Shown here in pieces: positions 1-7,152 of a stretch of 63,973 nucleotides of DNA. The stretch is from positions 1 to 63,973 of IMG/VR virus record IMGVR_UViG_3300008114_000027; one strand, 5' to 3'. Each line of letters opens with the position of its first letter. Position 1 is the first letter of the stretch. Position numbers and translations under genes: made by a program. The DNA comes from a virus. Lineage: Duplodnaviria; Caudoviricetes. The notes below the pieces were generated by a model that made no database searches, was not told the DNA's origin, and saw nothing but the letters and a program-made list of their open reading frames with translations.

Positions 1-320
1 GGTCAACTTGGTGCCTTGTGGACTCACCCCGCACCGCCCATTATCTTCCGCTCTCGCGTCCCGAAACGCGCGCGTCCATGGTGTGCGTGTGCGTGTGTGT
101 GGTGACCTTCGAGCGCCCCTGTTTCGCTCCTGATTGCCTCGTATATTTTTCACGGGTACCCGACCTGACTGTATGTTTTTTCGGCGTATCCTTCGCTCTG
201 AACGTATAGTGTTTGCAAGGGTTTGGTGTATTTTACCGCTCTGCAGCCCGCGTCAACACTCGGAAAATAAAAAAAGTACCCGCATAAATTAAGGGTTTCA
301 GAGTTTTTATGTAAAATTTA

Positions 321-353
321 TTTGGAAATTGAAAATAGTTGATAGCATATTTG
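321..353 (+). promoter_or_regulatory. Probable early promoter, Bacteroidota sigma-A type
   Basis: TTTG at 321-324, 21-nt spacer, CATATTTG at 346-353 (one mismatch to TAnnTTTG). AT-rich upstream; precedes the whole + strand gene run. Confidence 0.55.
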
Positions 354-529
354 CACCGTCAAACAACGACAACGTGCTTTTACCCTCTCACGGTTAATCA
401 AGAGGGTCAGCCCTGAGGCAACAAGGGGACGGGAGGCAGCCCGATAATACAGTCAACATGCTGTAGCAATTTAATTAGCTAAACTGCCCTGAGCCGCACA
501 AATAGTGCGGGAGCCGAGACAAGCGAATA

Positions 530-591
530 GGCTAGCTGCACAGGGCAGCGCGCAACGGCGTAAGGTGGTTCGACTCCACCGCTAGCTACTA
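530..591 (+). ncRNA. tRNA-like element (acceptor stem plus T-arm, no normal D or anticodon arm)
   Basis: GGCTAGC (530-536) pairs with GCTAGCT (581-587). T-arm GGTGG-TTCGACT-CCACC (564-580). 3' end reads A-CTA. Only 62 nt. Confidence 0.6.
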
Positions 592-607
592 ACCAAATTT
601 CAATACC

Positions 608-967
608 ATGTACAAGATTGCATTTCACCTAGCGCGCGGCGCTAACTTTCAAAAGTTTCAAATTCGTGACGCTAACAACGAAGCGACCTATATTGAGCCT
701 AACGACTTCGACATTATCCTGCACAACTGCAAACTCAAAAATCAGAAGGGCGCGTCACTGCGTATATTCAAGGGCGGCGACAAGGCACGCTGCGCGTGGA
801 TAGAGTTCGAGCGCTACGAGGTCGTAGCTAAGGGTAACTACACGTCCGAGGTCGACGTGCGCTTCAATCCTAGGGTATCACCTACGTGGAACGTCGGCGG
901 CGTCGACAATCAGGACGACAGAACATTCGCTCAACTGCGTACCAACGGCCGCAAGGTCTACAAGTAA
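608..967 (+). CDS. Hypothetical early protein (119 aa)
   Basis: ATG after AT-rich leader; first ORF of the co-oriented run. Confidence 0.8.
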   Translation: MYKIAFHLARGANFQKFQIRDANNEATYIEPNDFDIILHNCKLKNQKGASLRIFKGGDKARCAWIEFERYEVVAKGNYTSEVDVRFNPRVSPTWNVGGVDNQDDRTFAQLRTNGRKVYK

Positions 968-973
968 AAACAC

Positions 974-1013
974 AGCCCCGCCACGAGAGTGAGCGGGGCT
1001 TTGGCAGTATAAC
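974..1013 (+). repeat. Intergenic bulged-hairpin motif, copy 1
   Basis: AGCCCCGC-CAC-gaga-GTG-a-GCGGGGCT-TTGGCAGTATAAC. Confidence 0.85.
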
Positions 1014-1033
1014 TAAATCAATTTTTTTTTATT

Positions 1034-1396
1034 ATGAAAGTAGAGTTAAACATTGGGCTTGGCAACAATCCCTTCGACGCGTCAGGCGCGGCAATGCTAG
1101 CAGCTAACGTGCTAACTAAAAACGGTGCAACAGAACTTGTGTTCCGCACCTCACAGGGCACCTACGAAGAGCAGGCGGAGCCCAACGTCATCATGAAGTT
1201 TGAATGGGACGTCGAGGGCGCCAAAGCGTTCCACGCCATGTCATTTCAGGACCTGCTCGAGGCGCTCGCAGTCATCATGACTCAAGAGTGTATCGCCTTC
1301 TACGTGCAGGAGTGGAGCGACGGCGGGCTAACGTACCGCACAGGTTGGGACGGCGACCGTCTAGACTTCTCGCTCGAGTACTTCGAGCGCTTCTAA
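1034..1396 (+). CDS. Hypothetical early protein (120 aa)
   Basis: ORF bounded by two hairpin motifs. Confidence 0.8.
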   Translation: MKVELNIGLGNNPFDASGAAMLAANVLTKNGATELVFRTSQGTYEEQAEPNVIMKFEWDVEGAKAFHAMSFQDLLEALAVIMTQECIAFYVQEWSDGGLTYRTGWDGDRLDFSLEYFERF

Positions 1397-1401
1397 TCTA
1401 C

Positions 1402-1443
1402 AGCCCCGCCACTAGCAAGTGTGCGGGGCTTTCTAGGTGTAAC
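1402..1443 (+). repeat. Intergenic bulged-hairpin motif, copy 2
   Basis: AGCCCCGC-CACT-agca-AGTG-t-GCGGGGCT-TTCTAGGTGTAAC. Confidence 0.85.
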
Positions 1444-1461
1444 CAATTAAATAATTTTATC

Positions 1462-1752
1462 ATGAGCAACATGCTATCAATTCACGACGAACTAAACAAC
1501 TTCGTTGACTACTACAACTCAGATGACGAACTGCGCTTTAAAATGCGCTCAGCCGTTATCGACTACCTCCAAGAGGTGCGCGAAGAGCCGCCCACGGTTA
1601 TATTCACGAAGATTTCGTACAAGGGCGACGACGTGTACGAGAAACACTTTGTGGGCAGCCTTGACCCGTGCAAAGAAAAGTTCCTGCTCACTGACCTGTC
1701 GGCCATGGTGCACAAGTACCAAGCGCTAGGCTGCGTGGTAGTCATCCGTTAA
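1462..1752 (+). CDS. Hypothetical early protein (96 aa, MSNMLSIH...)
   Basis: Start moved to ATG 1462, which follows the repeated leader TAACCAATTAAATAATTTTATC. Confidence 0.8.
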   Translation: MSNMLSIHDELNNFVDYYNSDDELRFKMRSAVIDYLQEVREEPPTVIFTKISYKGDDVYEKHFVGSLDPCKEKFLLTDLSAMVHKYQALGCVVVIR

Positions 1753-1758
1753 TTAACA

Positions 1759-1800
1759 AGCCCCGCCGCTCACCGCGTGCGGGGTTTTGTCAGTAGAAAC
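1759..1800 (+). repeat. Intergenic bulged-hairpin motif, copy 3
   Basis: AGCCCCGC-CGC-tcacc-GCG-t-GCGGGGTT-TTGTCAGTAGAAAC. Confidence 0.85.
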
Positions 1801-1814
1801 AAATACAAATCACA

Positions 1815-1949
1815 ATGAAGTTTACACTCCTTATCGCTTCACTAGCATGCATGGTGACAAGCGCAATCATCGCTGACCTTTTCCTCTTCGGGATATCCGT
1901 AGTGTCAGTGTTCAGTTCAATCCTATTAACCTTTCAAAAATCAAAGTGA
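1815..1949 (+). CDS. Small hydrophobic membrane peptide (44 aa; not in ORF track)
   Basis: MKFTLLIASLACMVTSAIIADLFLFGISVVSVFSSILLTFQKSK; TGATG coupling to the next gene. Confidence 0.7.
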   Translation: MKFTLLIASLACMVTSAIIADLFLFGISVVSVFSSILLTFQKSK

Positions 1950-2245
1950 TGAAAAATCCATTGGAAAAGTACGCGCGACTTGACAGCGCAACAGGCAAGG
2001 GTATGAACGAGGGCTTCTGCGTCAACGACGGCGAGGCTTACTTTGCCGAGCGCGAAGACCTTATCGCTTACCTGAGAGCGCGCAATGTCGACGAGTACAA
2101 CATACTCTCGGACGACTTCATACTCGACGAGGCTTACGAACTCGAAGACTACTACTACACCGAATGGGAGGTCGAAGATGAGGACACCTACTACATTGAG
2201 GTCAACGGCGAGTGGCTAGAGGTCATCAACGCAAAGGTTAACTGA
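1949..2245 (+). CDS. Acidic hypothetical early protein (98 aa)
   Basis: Very D/E-rich C-terminal half; its stop TGA lies inside the CTGATGA core of hammerhead 1. Confidence 0.8.
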   Translation: MKNPLEKYARLDSATGKGMNEGFCVNDGEAYFAEREDLIAYLRARNVDEYNILSDDFILDEAYELEDYYYTEWEVEDEDTYYIEVNGEWLEVINAKVN

Positions 2246-2285
2246 TGAGGCTTGAGTAGCCGAAACGCCGCGAGGCGTCTTAACC
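2236..2285 (+). ncRNA. Hammerhead ribozyme, type I, copy 1
   Basis: GGTTAA-CTGATGA-GGCT-tgagt-AGCC-GAAA-CGCC-gcga-GGCG-TC-TTAACC. Complete core; predicted cut after C2279. Confidence 0.95.
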
Positions 2286-2302
2286 AATCAATAAATTTTA
2301 TC

Positions 2303-2773
2303 ATGAAAGCAAACGCAACACGCATGACTGCTGAGGCAGTTAAACAACACAGCAAACGTGGGTACAATCCTCCACTATGGGAAGAGACAGTTGACCGCTA
2401 CCTGAAGTATGACAAGGTCGAGTTCTACCTGCTAGACCGCGACAAGCACAAGTCATACGATGAGTTCTTTGTCATCTACACCTTGCCTAGCGGCTTGAGG
2501 CTCATGGGCAGCCTTTCCTACAGTTCATCACTGACAAGCGCAGGCTTTTACGAGCTAAACTTGTTAGACCACGACATGGACGCGCTTATCGAGGATGTGC
2601 TAGCAGGCAAGCCCGTAGACATGAAGGACTACCTGTTCGACACTGACAGGGTGCTGCTGCAATCCCGCACAGACGTGACCTATAAAACGACGCCCGAGGC
2701 GCGTGACTACATGACTGAAGGCAGCACTAGGTTCGGCTTCATATTCACCAAGCAATACATTCACACAGCCTAG
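2303..2773 (+). CDS. Hypothetical early protein (156 aa)
   Basis: Start moved to ATG 2303 after the ribozyme and conserved leader. Confidence 0.8.
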   Translation: MKANATRMTAEAVKQHSKRGYNPPLWEETVDRYLKYDKVEFYLLDRDKHKSYDEFFVIYTLPSGLRLMGSLSYSSSLTSAGFYELNLLDHDMDALIEDVLAGKPVDMKDYLFDTDRVLLQSRTDVTYKTTPEARDYMTEGSTRFGFIFTKQYIHTA

Positions 2774-2780
2774 TACAACA

Positions 2781-2820
2781 AGCCCCGCCGCGTAAAGCGT
2801 GCGGGGATTTGTGGGTACAA
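2781..2820 (+). repeat. Intergenic bulged-hairpin motif, copy 4
   Basis: AGCCCCGC-CGC-gtaaa-GCG-t-GCGGGGAT-TTGTGGGTACAA. Confidence 0.85.
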
Positions 2821-2831
2821 ATCAAAATACA

Positions 2832-3017
2832 ATGACAAAAATCATCATGCTCTTTTGCCTGTTCACCGGAAAGGTTCAGCAGGTCGACAACCTCTACACC
2901 GTGCACGCCGGCACCGGCACCTACGAGTATGCCTGCGAGGGCGAGGTACTCCATTGGATAGAGACAGGGACATTCAACTACGACGACAGCCTGTGCGGCT
3001 GCGGCGAACTTAACTAA
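2832..3017 (+). CDS. Small hypothetical protein (61 aa)
   Basis: ATG 2832 after an A-rich leader. Confidence 0.7.
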   Translation: MTKIIMLFCLFTGKVQQVDNLYTVHAGTGTYEYACEGEVLHWIETGTFNYDDSLCGCGELN

Positions 3018-3037
3018 TCAAATCAAATCAAATCACC

Positions 3038-3166
3038 ATGAAAAAAGTAATCATTTTAGCAATCATCATCATCGCGCTCGCGTCATGCAGCACCAAGAAA
3101 CTTACACACTCACACTACACCAAGGGGGTAACGCACGGGCAGGACGGCTGCGCGTGGCACCGATAG
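3038..3166 (+). CDS. Small predicted lipoprotein (42 aa; not in ORF track)
   Basis: MKKVIILAIIIIALAS-CSTKK...: basic N-region, hydrophobic core, LAS-C lipobox. Confidence 0.75.
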   Translation: MKKVIILAIIIIALASCSTKKLTHSHYTKGVTHGQDGCAWHR

Positions 3167-3223
3167 GTTAACTGATGAGGTCTGAGTGACCGAAACCTAG
3201 GGCTCGCGCTCTAGGTCTTAACC
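3166..3223 (+). ncRNA. Hammerhead ribozyme, type I, copy 2
   Basis: GGTTAA-CTGATGA-GGTC-tgagt-GACC-GAAA-CCTAGGGC-tcgc-GCTCTAGG-TC-TTAACC; cut after C3217. Confidence 0.95.
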
Positions 3224-3240
3224 AAATAAATAATTTTATC

Positions 3241-3414
3241 ATGACAACTTACTTCATCTGCAACACAGACAGCTACGGGCAAAGAACAGGCACCTACCGC
3301 TCCATTCAAATAAGCGAAGCCGATATAGAAACTAATCACCATGGATGGAAATTCTACAACGGCATGTTTCTTTACGAGAGCGAGCACCAAGTCATACTAG
3401 CCTGCCAAGATTAA
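3241..3414 (+). CDS. Small hypothetical protein (57 aa; not in ORF track), flanked by two hammerheads
   Basis: MTTYFICNTDSYGQRTG...ILACQD; ATG after the conserved leader. Confidence 0.75.
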   Translation: MTTYFICNTDSYGQRTGTYRSIQISEADIETNHHGWKFYNGMFLYESEHQVILACQD

Positions 3415-3464
3415 GGTTAACTGATGAGTCCTGAATGGACGAAACGTCGTGAGACGTCTTAACC
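3415..3464 (+). ncRNA. Hammerhead ribozyme, type I, copy 3
   Basis: GGTTAA-CTGATGA-GTCC-tgaat-GGAC-GAAA-CGTC-gtga-GACG-TC-TTAACC; cut after C3458. Confidence 0.95.
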
Positions 3465-3481
3465 AATTAAATAATTTTATC

Positions 3482-3856
3482 ATGAGCAAAACAACGCGCG
3501 CTATCGGACAGCGCAATTCATTCACCAAGGCTTCAGAGCCTGCACCATTCAAAGTTAACCGCTTCGAGGTAGCTAGACTAGTCAAAGCACAAACCGACGC
3601 GATAACAAGCGGCGTATGGGACTACCCAATGGATTATAAATTCGCCAACAGCGGCGAGTTATGGGACGCAGTCAACGCAGGCAAGAGCGTGCAAAAGTTC
3701 GTGCGAGAGTGCATGATTGAGTTCGGCACGATTACAGGCGCCCTGCTAGGGAGTCAATTCAACCACGTGTCGCACAGCAGCAAGCACGCCATTCGCAAGG
3801 GCGTCATGAGAGCACAGCAGTACAAACAAATCATCGAACAATTAAAAACAAAGTAA
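3482..3856 (+). CDS. Hypothetical early protein (124 aa)
   Basis: Start moved to ATG 3482 after the conserved leader. Confidence 0.8.
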   Translation: MSKTTRAIGQRNSFTKASEPAPFKVNRFEVARLVKAQTDAITSGVWDYPMDYKFANSGELWDAVNAGKSVQKFVRECMIEFGTITGALLGSQFNHVSHSSKHAIRKGVMRAQQYKQIIEQLKTK

Positions 3857-3858
3857 CC

Positions 3859-4227
3859 ATGGGATTCTTCAGTTGGAAAACATCGGACACGGACAAGTCC
3901 ATCAGCAACGCATACAGCAAGAGAGGTGCGTTCAAAGTTTATATGATAACACCTACAGACAGGTACCTAGAACAGGAGTACGAGGGCTACGGGGTATTCG
4001 GTGGCAAGGACTACTACGAGCTAGTGTACGAGCTAAACAAGTGCAGGTACCATGGTCCTGAGGACGTGGAAGACAGGTCCAAGGGGATAAGGATAGCCTT
4101 CGAAAAAAACAACAAGGGCAATCTAGTCCTGCCAAAGTTTGCCGAGAGCGAAGACGCTTCGTGGTTGGAGCTACCTGATAGCAGGATATGCGAACAGCAA
4201 GGATACTTTTACCAATCAATAATATAA
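3859..4227 (+). CDS. Hypothetical phage protein (MGFFSW..., 122 aa)
   Basis: ORF tightly packed behind the previous gene. Confidence 0.8.
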   Translation: MGFFSWKTSDTDKSISNAYSKRGAFKVYMITPTDRYLEQEYEGYGVFGGKDYYELVYELNKCRYHGPEDVEDRSKGIRIAFEKNNKGNLVLPKFAESEDASWLELPDSRICEQQGYFYQSII

Positions 4228-4237
4228 AACAGGACCA

Positions 4238-4280
4238 AGCCCCGCCACTGCAAAGTGCGCGGGGATTTGGCGGTAGAAAC
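4238..4280 (+). repeat. Intergenic bulged-hairpin motif, copy 5
   Basis: AGCCCCGC-CACT-gcaa-AGTG-c-GCGGGGAT-TTGGCGGTAGAAAC. Confidence 0.85.
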
Positions 4281-4301
4281 AATTTAAAAAACAAATACAA
4301 T

Positions 4302-4676
4302 ATGGGACGTTCAGTATCAACACTACACGGCGCTAGATTATCATCGTATATCAGCGTCGACGACGAGGCTAACCACGAATGGATGGTCGAGGACCTGCAG
4401 GAGGTAGGTCAGGAGTTAAAACTAACTAGCTGCCAACGATGGGACGGGCGCGAGGTTCAAATTATCATGTCTGGACATGGCGTAGAGGTCGGTATCTCGG
4501 AGTACTGCGGGATAGTATCGATCGGGATACGAACCGAGGAGGAGTCTGATCCGATCGGCGACAAGTGGATAGACAAGAACGGGCAAGAGATTATCAAAGC
4601 CTTTCACCATCACGGCACGCCGATACGCAGCGTCGGAACATTCAGCAACGGGGAAACTATTTACGAAAAAAAATAA
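4302..4676 (+). CDS. Hypothetical early protein (124 aa, MGRSVST...)
   Basis: Start moved to ATG 4302 after the motif and A-rich leader. Confidence 0.8.
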   Translation: MGRSVSTLHGARLSSYISVDDEANHEWMVEDLQEVGQELKLTSCQRWDGREVQIIMSGHGVEVGISEYCGIVSIGIRTEEESDPIGDKWIDKNGQEIIKAFHHHGTPIRSVGTFSNGETIYEKK

Positions 4677-4683
4677 TAGCACA

Positions 4684-4851
4684 ATGAACATTAAAGTTTA
4701 TTTCGAGACGCAATCACCCGCATACGCGGAGCACGTCGCAACATTTCACGACAGCGGGACCTACACGGCTTGCTTTCCTGCACTAGACAAACTAAGAGAA
4801 GCGAACGGTTTTGATATCATCACCGAGAGCGTAGAGGAGGACGAGTCATGA
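4684..4851 (+). CDS. Small hypothetical protein (55 aa; not in ORF track)
   Basis: MNIKVYFETQSPAYAEHVATF...; ATGA overlap with the next ORF. Confidence 0.7.
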   Translation: MNIKVYFETQSPAYAEHVATFHDSGTYTACFPALDKLREANGFDIITESVEEDES

Positions 4852-5201
4852 GCGGAAGAAAGTTTTACAACAGCGGCAGGATTGCCAACGTGTTCAGTCA
4901 TCAGGACAGGCAGCGCCTGCTACACCACCACTCGATGGTCTACAAGATTTTTGTGGAGCTAAGCGAGGCGGGCTACTGGATGAAGCCGTCACTCATCGCT
5001 GAGTTTGAGGCGTGGAGCGACGAGGTCGAGATACGCATGGGCAAGAAGCCCGACAGCGACTACAGCTACAAGGTGCTAGAAAACTGCGCGGACTACGGCC
5101 CACTCACGCTGGCCGAGTACTTCGAAACCTGTGCAAGGCACACGCTTGCTTTGTGCGAGAGCCTTGGGGCGGAGTACAACGACCACCTGCCACGGATTTG
5201 A
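4848..5201 (+). CDS. Hypothetical protein (117 aa)
   Basis: ORF in the co-oriented run. Confidence 0.75.
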   Translation: MSGRKFYNSGRIANVFSHQDRQRLLHHHSMVYKIFVELSEAGYWMKPSLIAEFEAWSDEVEIRMGKKPDSDYSYKVLENCADYGPLTLAEYFETCARHTLALCESLGAEYNDHLPRI

Positions 5202-5222
5202 TATTAGTTTGGTTACACCATC

Positions 5223-5263
5223 GCCTCGCCATCCTTCGGGAGGCGGGGTTTTGGTGGTAGAAA
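5223..5263 (+). repeat. Intergenic bulged-hairpin motif, copy 6 (divergent)
   Basis: GCCTCGCC-a-TCC-ttcg-GGA-GGCGGGGT-TTTGGTGGTAGAAA; c(UUCG)g loop, same 3' tail. Confidence 0.75.
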
Positions 5264-5287
5264 GTCATAATAAAACATAAACACAAC

Positions 5288-5455
5288 ATGAAAGTAAGGA
5301 CACGCACTATTTTAGCGGCGACATTCACCGCTTACTGTATCGCCATGGCGGTTACAATGAATGAGGCACACGAGTACAGCAAGACCAAGCGGTGCTTGGA
5401 AGAGTACGGCGAGGGCGACGTAGGGATGTGCATGTGCTATGAAAACTGTAAATAA
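5288..5455 (+). CDS. Small Cys-rich protein with N-terminal hydrophobic segment (55 aa; not in ORF track)
   Basis: MKVRTRTILAATFTAYCIAMAV...CMCYENCK. Confidence 0.65.
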   Translation: MKVRTRTILAATFTAYCIAMAVTMNEAHEYSKTKRCLEEYGEGDVGMCMCYENCK

Positions 5456-5473
5456 TTTAAACCAAATAAAAAG

Positions 5474-5803
5474 ATGAAGAGATACTTCACATACCAAAAA
5501 CAGCGCATGATATTCGAGAGCGCCATGACCCACGTCATAATCGAGGAGACCACCAATCAGACTCAGTCACTGAAGCTAAGGAAGGGGGTGCACCTCTCGG
5601 ACTGGATGATGACCAAGGAAGAGGGCGAGGCGAGGCTCGAAGAGATTGCCAAGTACGAGTGCGACGGGGCCACCATAGAAGGCGGCGCCGTCTCCAACGA
5701 GGGCAGCAGGTACCAACTGCACAGCATAGAGAACCTGAGCGAGATTGAACTACTCAAGATGTCGCGCGTGCTACCACTAACATTCAAAGTATATCAACCA
5801 TAA
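5474..5803 (+). CDS. Hypothetical protein (109 aa)
   Basis: ORF with A-rich leader. Confidence 0.75.
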   Translation: MKRYFTYQKQRMIFESAMTHVIIEETTNQTQSLKLRKGVHLSDWMMTKEEGEARLEEIAKYECDGATIEGGAVSNEGSRYQLHSIENLSEIELLKMSRVLPLTFKVYQP

Positions 5804-5807
5804 AGCA

Positions 5808-6044
5808 ATGAACATGAAACTAAAAGGGTATCAGCCTATGGCCATGAAGATTGGCAACGGCGAGGTCGGGCTAGACGACAACGACTTCATCGAGTGGAGA
5901 AATTTCTACAGGAACAAACTGAGCGGGATGTTTGTCGACTTCATGGTCGACGAGTTAGAGGCGGCCATGGAGATGGGCGAGGACGGCTTCACGCTCATGA
6001 TATATAACCAATACAAGGGGCTACTCACCCCTGCACTAAACTAA
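5808..6044 (+). CDS. Hypothetical protein (78 aa)
   Basis: Packed ORF. Confidence 0.7.
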   Translation: MNMKLKGYQPMAMKIGNGEVGLDDNDFIEWRNFYRNKLSGMFVDFMVDELEAAMEMGEDGFTLMIYNQYKGLLTPALN

Positions 6045-6050
6045 CACAGC

Positions 6051-6230
6051 ATGCAACAGGTAATCTCAAAGCAGGGGACGTTCCGCAAGGATAACTCCAT
6101 CACCGTGTTCGAGGGAGACGTCACGGTGAAAAGCGACGACAGGTACACCACCATATCGGGCACGCACTACAGGCACAACTACGATTGGGGTAACCATTGG
6201 ACAGTAAACGGAGGCAGGGTATGGAAATAG
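6051..6230 (+). CDS. Small hypothetical protein (59 aa; not in ORF track)
   Basis: MQQVISKQGTFRK...GGRVWK fills the gap between neighbours. Confidence 0.6.
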   Translation: MQQVISKQGTFRKDNSITVFEGDVTVKSDDRYTTISGTHYRHNYDWGNHWTVNGGRVWK

Positions 6231-6397
6231 ACAACCTAATACTCATCACGTTCCTGTCCTATTGGGGCAGCCTAATCCTGTTGGCTAGTCAATGGTCAAG
6301 AAGGAAACCAATCACGAGGGTATCACTCATACTCCTATCAATCGCGCTCGCGTGGTTGACAGGGTACCTAGCATGGAGTTCGATATGCGCTGGATGA
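6221..6397 (+). CDS. Small two-TM membrane protein
   Basis: Two hydrophobic stretches separated by SRRKPITR. Confidence 0.6.
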   Translation: MEIDNLILITFLSYWGSLILLASQWSRRKPITRVSLILLSIALAWLTGYLAWSSICAG

Positions 6398-6549
6398 CAT
6401 GGACAATATCTATAGCCGTCTCAGTCAGCGTGCTGTGCTGGTACTATAGCAGGGGTGGGAGGGGAGTCTTCTACCTGATAGCGGGACTCATAATGCTCAG
6501 CATCGTGAGGCCGCACGTGAACAGGGCAACCGCACGCAAGGTGTGGTAG
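6373..6549 (+). CDS. Small two-TM membrane protein
   Basis: Two hydrophobic stretches and a basic tail; start taken at ATG 6373. Confidence 0.55.
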   Translation: MEFDMRWMTWTISIAVSVSVLCWYYSRGGRGVFYLIAGLIMLSIVRPHVNRATARKVW

Positions 6550-6747
6550 CTTATCTAGGCGCATAAACTAGCGCGTGATTGATAACATCTATAAGAATTT
6601 AGGTATCGATTGAAATTATTTATAAGACTTTCGATCCCTAGTTCGTATAAAAAATGTAACTTTCAGCACGCGTTAGTTAGCGCACACTAAACCGTTTAAG
6701 TATATAAATTTCAAGCAGTTAATAAAATTAAAAACAAAACAAAACAG

Positions 6748-7152
6748 ATGTACAAGATACCAACAACATGTCTCGGGTGGATAGACCTCCTGCCCGCAGA
6801 GGTAAGAGAGCAGGCCATAAAGAACGCCAGCCCGAGGTCATTACAGGACGACTGCAACAGCATGTACGACGCATTGGCAATCTCATTCGTGTGGAAGAAC
6901 ACGCCCGAGGGCGAGGAGTACTGGAAGGATATGGCTGACAGTCACACACCAAACTTCCTCTCGTTCATAGTGCAGTTCAGGGACTGTATCAACCTGTCGG
7001 AGGTGGCTAGGTTCGGCGGCATAAAGCGCCAGACATTGGAGGACGCGCTGAGGGATGAGGACAAGCACACACCTGCCATGAACCAGCGCATCATGACGAT
7101 GTTCACTCAAATGCAGAGGGCACTCAACGAGATAAACAGCGATGAGGAGTAG
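6748..7152 (+). CDS. Protein with C-terminal HTH-like segment
   Basis: INLSEVARFGGIKRQTLEDAL resembles an XRE-type HTH. Confidence 0.55.
   Translation: MYKIPTTCLGWIDLLPAEVREQAIKNASPRSLQDDCNSMYDALAISFVWKNTPEGEEYWKDMADSHTPNFLSFIVQFRDCINLSEVARFGGIKRQTLEDALRDEDKHTPAMNQRIMTMFTQMQRALNEINSDEE

Noticed and set aside
18-209. 63-aa ORF at the window start
   Set aside because: GTG start, GT-repeat-derived VCVCVC, and located upstream of the likely early promoter.
530-591. Functional tRNA gene
   Set aside because: Only 62 nt, with no canonical D-arm or 5-bp/7-nt anticodon arm and CTA rather than CCA; kept as tRNA-like only.
974-5263. CRISPR array or integron attC array
   Set aside because: Repeats are separated by whole genes of variable length, no cas or integrase gene is recognisable, and consistent RYYYAAC/GTTRRRY attC ends are absent.
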